Source of the DNA: Xylographa opegraphella
Taxonomy: Eukaryota
Assembly: GCA_022813865.1 (NCBI GenBank)
Contig: JALDZX010000010.1
Coordinates: forward strand, 496,001 to 554,315
DNA length: 58,315 nt
Reading direction: 5' to 3'
The notes beneath the pieces were generated by a model. That model had not been told where the DNA came from. It did no database searches and saw only the letters and a list, made by a program, of their open reading frames with translations. This document shows positions 52,615-58,315 of the stretch, piece by piece. Position numbers and translations under genes: made by a program. Positions within the stretch are counted from its first letter, which is position 1. Each line of letters starts with the position of its first letter.

Positions 52615-53512
52615 CTAGTCATACGGCTCCATCAGCTTATTCCCCAACACCCCTTCCGGGAAGTCATCTTCGCCCAACGCCGTTGTATGTGCCCACGGCT
52701 TCAGCCCATTCTCCGTCCTGATCGTCTGCGCAAAGCACTCACTCCACCCCTTCCTCGGCCATTTCGCCACCACGTCCTTGATCGTTTCCGTGTGCACCAG
52801 CTCCGCGTGGCCCCCCATATTGTCGAAGATCGTGGCTAGTTGCAACAGCTGCCCGAGAGTAGTGATGGTACCCACGGTGCCGATATCCTGGTGGCGGATG
52901 ATGGCCTCGACGACAGCGTCGTTCTGGGCCTGCGGTGCGGAAAGAGAGGCGAGGAGAGAGGAGGACACGAAGGCGCCGTGGAACTCGAAGGAGAGCAGCG
53001 TGGAGTGGAGGTTGTGCTTGGTGGTGCCGATGTCGTGCAGGAGGCAGGCGATGGCGTAGGTGCTGGGAGAGACGGTCCAATCCGGGAACTGGGTCTGAAG
53101 TATGACGCGGCCTGGACGGTTGTTGTCAGAGGGGGTTCTGGTAGGGGATGCTGAGGTTCGGAAAGAGAATCTATGCACGACGGGAGGTCACGACTGGGAT
53201 TAGAGGAAAGAAACAGATACAAACCGCGAGCGGATTCACAGGACAAATGGTGGTAATGGAGCTGGACTGTTACGAAGATTTACCATAATAGTACACCCGC
53301 ATACTATGGTTGAAGGTCTGCTCGTTGAGGCGGCCCTTGGCATATTCTTGGACCTGGTGCACGAGAGGTTCGGAAGGGAAATCAATGTCTTCTGTTACCA
53401 GTGGAATCGGATCCTTCACGTTCTTGATTCCTTTGAGGATCTTCTCGTCAACGTCTCGCGGCACGGCCGTGAAGCCGTGCTCGAGTATTGCGGCTTCTCT
53501 ATCTGAAGGCAT
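52615..53512 (-). CDS. Cyanamide hydratase family HD-domain protein (Ddi2/Ddi3/Cah-like), 2 exons
   Basis: GFTAVPRD, QTFNHSMRVYYYG, CLLHDIGTT, SFEFHG, EAIIRHQD, QLATIFDN.G, GWS.CFA, KPWAHTT.L, GNKLMEPY. Confidence 0.9.
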
Positions 53513-55434
53513 CGTTGCAGAAGTTCGCGAGTCAGGTGTGTAGTCAGGGAGAATGGCGAGGTATCCAAGACGGCTGGCGGAAGAGCGTCCGACAGCGTTT
53601 TGATAAATTATGGTAAATTTAGAATGGCTATGTCATAGAGATTCTTATCCAATGATTATGATTAGAAATCCTCACGCCAGCATGCTGACAACGTGCAAGC
53701 ATGATCATGAGAGCCCGTCAGCACTGTTTCTGTGTCTCCTCGGAGACACGAAGCATCAGAAATTCAGGAGGATGTCAATTCCCAACGGGCTTGTTGCTTG
53801 CGATGGAGACTCTGTAGTCTGAGCAGTGACTACGATCCTGCGACTAGCCTACCTATTCTGAAAGAGATGTCCAATCATTTGTTCCTTCGGCGGTTGTGTC
53901 CACGTGCACGACAGTCGCGGAATCCGCCGCTGCGTGGCTTCTTTACATTCTCGCTTGCCCTGGCTTACACCAGTGCTGTGGTGCTGTTTGGCTTGCGAAC
54001 TTGTTCTTTTTGTCTGCCTGCGTAGATGATATAGCCACTTTCGAGGGTCTACTAGGGCCTTGTGTAAAGGCTTCAAGAGATGCTGCCCTGTACTTCCTCC
54101 TGAACAGAAGATTTGCCCGCATACGGAGCACGATTTCACCACTTATCCTTTGAAGAGGCACCAGAATCAAGGATGAATTGAGCGCTGTGCGTAGGGTTCC
54201 ATAGCGCGCTGGTCGGGATGTCCTCTCCGAAGGAAATAGCTGGAGTACTTCAGACATGGTAAAAGTAAAGCTGTATTCAAATACCCATATATTTTAGTAG
54301 GCGATGTTTGGCACTATTGTATGCTTGATGGGTCCTGACGTCTTGTCCATCGGCGTGCTTCACGCAAGGGCCATTGGCATATAGTAATTCGGGTATCGCA
54401 TTTCTGCTCCTCTCGTGGTTAGAGTCTCAGTAGGGGCCGTGGTGAAGGATCTGTGAATGTCTGATTTTATGTGCTATGGAGAGGGTTGCAGACTGTGTGA
54501 CCCAAGGTAATTAGGTAAACGACACAGTGCCACTCATACGGGGCTCTGCGAGGATCCTACCTGCTTCTGTTTGCAGCTGTTCTGAATGGTATTCACTTTG
54601 AATTATATCATAGTCGAGTTCCGTTGATTGGGAACCAGCTACGATTCCTTATGCAGTGCTCATGAATGCTGACATGGACATACGAAGCCGTCTTCATTTG
54701 TCCTTGTCTACCACATTACTAACATCCCTCCATGGGTGGCGGAAAACCCACTGCGCCGGAAAATATAATTGGTACTTTGACTTCAAGCGACTAGAGCTCT
54801 GCGCACATGTCGAGCTTTACTATTATCATCGTATACATCGTGTGCTGTGGCTACTTTAAAACAATGAGAACTTGTCTAACGTGAAAATTACATTCGCATC
54901 GTTGCTATTTCGCCTGGTTCGCTAAGAGTCTTCTTTTACGGCGAAACAATTTTCATTCTCTAAAACACCACTTTGATGTCTATACTGCTTATAATACATA
55001 TACAAGGATGATATCCAAGCCTTAGAGCCTTATTATGATAATAGGAAGTCATCATAAGCTTTATGCCTGCTGTTGCGCGCAATTCTATACAAGGTCGCTA
55101 CCCCGATCGGTACCTCCGATCAAAGCACTTGCCGATTCTGGCTAGCGCATAATGACCCTGAACGCTCCATGTAATGGTTCCGCTGTAATTTACGATCCAT
55201 CTTCTTTTATCGCAGTCTTATGAGGCTGACTGTGATAGGCCGAGTATCGAATTGAAACTGAGGTGATTGCCCTTCCTTCTATGAATCCCTCCTTTGTCTT
55301 GAATGCACATTTCTCGATGCTTATTGAGAGGTAAAGTCCTTATCTAAGTCAGAAGTTATTTCAGGCAGTCGACAGGCCATAAACATGCTTCGGATGCTAG
55401 TGTCAAGAAATGTATCGATCCAGATATCATATGC

Positions 55435-56326
55435 TCACTTCCCTCCAAAATTGATTCCAGTGACTCCACCATTGATGATCCCAGCTTGAAAGCCCAAGTT
55501 CTGATCGCCAAATATCACCATGTTTGCACGGCTCTGGTTCCCTGCAGCTTTTGCAACAGCTTCTTCCTGCGACTTAGACAGCAGCTCGTCCAGCAGCTTC
55601 CGTAACGCATTCACTGCCTTACGTTCTTCTTCCAGCTGCCGCAATGCCTCAGCTTTGCCTTCCTTGGGTGCAGCCACTTCCTCATCATCACTGCTGAGGT
55701 TCAGCTCCTCGAGTTTGGTCTCTAATACTACTAGCTGCTTATCCGTTGTGGTAATAGCACCCTTGACCTCGGCCTGCTTTGTAGATATTGTCTTCTTGAT
55801 CTCTTCCGTGATGTGACTATGGCGGACGGAGCTGTATCTGCAAGGAAAGGTTAGCTCAACTGCCGCACGGAGGCGATCAAACTGGAGTTACTTACAAGGT
55901 TGCTATACTGACAACGGAATTAATCGTAAGCTTGCAGTTTATAAGCTGCTCTGACATCGCCTTAATTTGCCCCTGCTTGAAGAATCCGACATTAGCTCGG
56001 TCCTGCCATGCTAATTTTTCATCTTCTGAATGTCTAGTCCACCGCTGGAGATCGGTCCTGAAGAGATCGCATGCCTGTGTGCAGCTGCTAATTGTCGTCT
56101 TTGACTACTCAGCTACACCTGGGCCAAGTGCCTCCCATTCTCTATCCTTTACACTTTGGAGCAATGTGAGTGCCGTGTCGACAGAGTGCACATCCTTTAC
56201 TAGGCGCTCGACAGTTTTTGGCGCATCTTTCAGCTTCTGCAGGTCATTGAGAAGCAGTCTTGTGCCGCGTAAGGCTGGCACAATGATGCCAACGACACCG
56301 GCAACAACGCTTAGAGGATCAGATAT
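55435..56326 (-). pseudogene. HeLo-like (HELL) domain effector with C-terminal PP-type amyloid motif (HELLP-like), 2 exons; inactivated
   Basis: (ATA)SDPLSVVAGVVGIIVPAL....LLNDLQKLKDAP hydrophobic N-terminal helix typical of HeLo-like domains; intron 55838-55895; ends VIFGDQNLGFQAGIINGGVTGINFGGK*. ATA sits at the start-codon position (56324-56326) and there is an in-frame TAG at 56105-56107. Confidence 0.85.
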
Positions 56327-56540
56327 TTGTGGCTAACAGAGGGAAGCTAATTGAGACAAATAAAGGAACAGTCTCGGGCCTCAGCCAAGTTCTTACCCTC
56401 AAATTCGGGGCTTCGAAAAAACTGAAGAGGAAATTTTGGTGACATTGGCCGCTAGCCTGAACATGCCTGAGATCACAACGCCAGGCTCGACTTCCGTCCG
56501 CACTCCGCCATAAAGACTCCCGATCTCCCACGGCATCGCA

Positions 56541-58315
56541 ATGGCGTCGGCGATATGCTTTGACCATCAGAACTCCGGCTTTCAAGCCGGGATCATCAAC
56601 GGCTCGGTCAATGCTGAGGTCCATCACCATGCCCCTCCCCGTAAGTTGTCAAAGGTCCAAGCCGATCGGCACTAACAGCCCTGGCCCAGAACGACCCGAA
56701 ACACCACCGAATCCATCTGCCATCGTACCCTTTGCCCGCGACACAGACTTCATCGAGCGAGGTGCGATACTAGATCAGATCCACTATAAATGTGCCGTGC
56801 CAGGTTCTCGGATTGCGCTCGTCGGCCTGGGCGGCGTTGGGTGGGTACGAACGCATTCGCAGATACGGACGGCTGACTGTGGAGAAGCAAGTCGCAGCTT
56901 GCCATCGAATACGCGTACCGGATTCAAGAGCGATCGCCTGAGACGTGGGTCTTCTGGGCTCACACGAGCAATGCGGCACGGTTTGAGCAGAGCTACCGGG
57001 TCATTGCAAACTACGTTAAGATCTCGGAGCGACGGAACCCAAAGGCGGACATATTTCAGCTCGTGCACGATTGGCTGCGCAACGAAAGGAAGGGAAAATG
57101 GGTCCTTATACTTGATAATATTGACGATGCGAGCTTTCTTCTCGAGGCTCGAGGTACCGAAGGTGAGAACTCGCAGCCACTCGTGTCGTATCTTCCACAA
57201 TCTCGGAATGGCTCCATTCTTATAACAACCCGAAGCAGAAACGTGGCACAGAAGCTCGTTGAACAGTGTAATATTATCGCAGTCGAGCCAATGAGTAGGG
57301 CGGATGCGCTGGCACTATTTGAGAAAAAGCTCGGAAAGCAGAGGGAGAGCCAGGATATCGCTGAGCTTGCCGTGGCGCTTGAGTTTATGCCGCTTGCTAT
57401 TGTTAAAGCGGCGGCATACATTTCTCAACGAGCACCTCGATGTTCAGTACGACAGTACCTCGAAGATTTGAAAAAAAAGCGATCGCAAGAGAGCCAGTCT
57501 CCTTAACTACGAAGGCGAACAGCTCCGTCGAGATCGGGACGCGAAGAACTCTATTATCATTACATGGCAAATATCGTTCGATCACGTTCGTAAGATTAGA
57601 CCGTCAGCTGCTGATTTGCTGTCGCTCATGAGCTTTTTCGATCGTCAAGGGATTCCAGAGGCTCTACTTCGAGATCGAGCCGAGCAGGGAAATAGCGAGC
57701 AAAATCAGGAAGAACACGATAGCGATAATGAACAGGATTACGATAAGGATAATATATCAGAATGCAGCGATGAGTTTGAAGACGATATAGTGGCACTACG
57801 AAACTTCTCGTTCATCTCTATTAATGCAGATGGGAGCACCTTTGAAATGCACAGCCTAGTGCAGCTAGCCACTCGAAAGTGGCTTGAGGTACACAGCCAG
57901 CTGGAACATTGGAAGCAGCAGTTCGTTAGAAATCTTTGTGCAGAGTTTCCAACCGGGGAGTATGAAAATTGGATAAGATGTCAAGCGCTGTTTCCACATG
58001 CAAAATCAGCAGCAGCGCAGCGGCCGGAAACACAAGATTCGTTACGAGACTGGGCCTCAATACTATACAACGCAGCATGGTACGCGTGGAAGGTAGGAAT
58101 GCAGTAGAGGCGGAGAAGATGTCGGTTCAGGCGTTGAAAGTAAGAAAGAGGATCCTCGGTCGAGAGCATGAAGATACGCTGAATAGTATGGCAATGGTAG
58201 GCCTAGCGTATGAGCTAAGAGGCTTATGGGAGGCAGCTGAAAAGCTGCAATTGCAAGTAATGGAAACGAGCAAGAACAAACTCGGAGCGGACCATCCTTC
58301 CACGCTGAGCAGCAT
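56541..58315 (+). pseudogene. Fungal NLR: N-terminal PP-type amyloid motif + NB-ARC + TPR (PNT1-like); two frameshifts; runs off the window end
   Basis: Exon 1 MASAICFDHQNSGFQAGIINGSV; intron 56641-56689; VPFARDTDF; Walker A GLGGVG|KSQLA (intron 56841-56887); Walker B WVLILDNIDD; ILITTR; PLAI..AAAYI; TWQISF; MHSLVQ; TPRs LG.EH.DTL.SM and LGADHPSTLSS. Frameshifts at about 57471-57478 and about 58098. Confidence 0.9.

Noticed and set aside
33213..53512. Allantoinase plus cyanamide hydratase as a nitrogen-salvage cluster
   Set aside because: They are separated by about 18 kb of unrelated housekeeping genes.
53849..54257. Minus-strand 104-aa ORF MSEVLQLFPS...
   Set aside because: No recognisable domain; may be a relic but is unsupported.
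56105..56107. Idea that the in-frame TAG (also 6837) is corrected by A-to-I editing to Trp
   Set aside because: The effector also lacks its ATG and the partner NLR is frameshifted, so plain decay is more parsimonious. No expression data are available.
1..58315. tRNA, rRNA, snoRNA, TPP riboswitch or CRISPR array
   Set aside because: No convincing signature was seen by eye. tRNAscan-SE and Infernal/Rfam scans would be needed to exclude small ncRNAs.

Overview
Gene-dense, intron-containing DNA from a filamentous ascomycete (Pezizomycotina; inferred from short GT-AG introns with CTRAY branch sites and the gene content). The middle holds housekeeping genes: UGGT, a Myb/Reb1-like factor, allantoinase, VMA12, COQ1, an Avo2-like ankyrin protein, RPN3, SPC34, UDP-glucose dehydrogenase and TAF12. 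Accessory enzymes include GH76, an SDR, a QutC-like TIM-barrel dehydratase, an atypical 6PGD-family dehydrogenase, PhzF and a cyanamide hydratase. Both ends are accessory and decayed. The left end has a pogo/Fot1 transposon relic and a broken helical-N-domain gene with local inverted duplications. The right end has a head-to-head pair: an NB-ARC-TPR NLR and a HeLo-like effector, sharing an almost identical PP-type amyloid motif (FxxQNxGFQAGIING). That architecture is known from HELLP/PNT1-type systems, and both genes here carry inactivating lesions. The best candidate for something undescribed is the divergent pair of the TIM-barrel dehydratase and a 6PGD homologue that has lost most phosphate-binding and NADP-specificity residues. 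All calls come from manual translation and motif recognition; no database searches were run.
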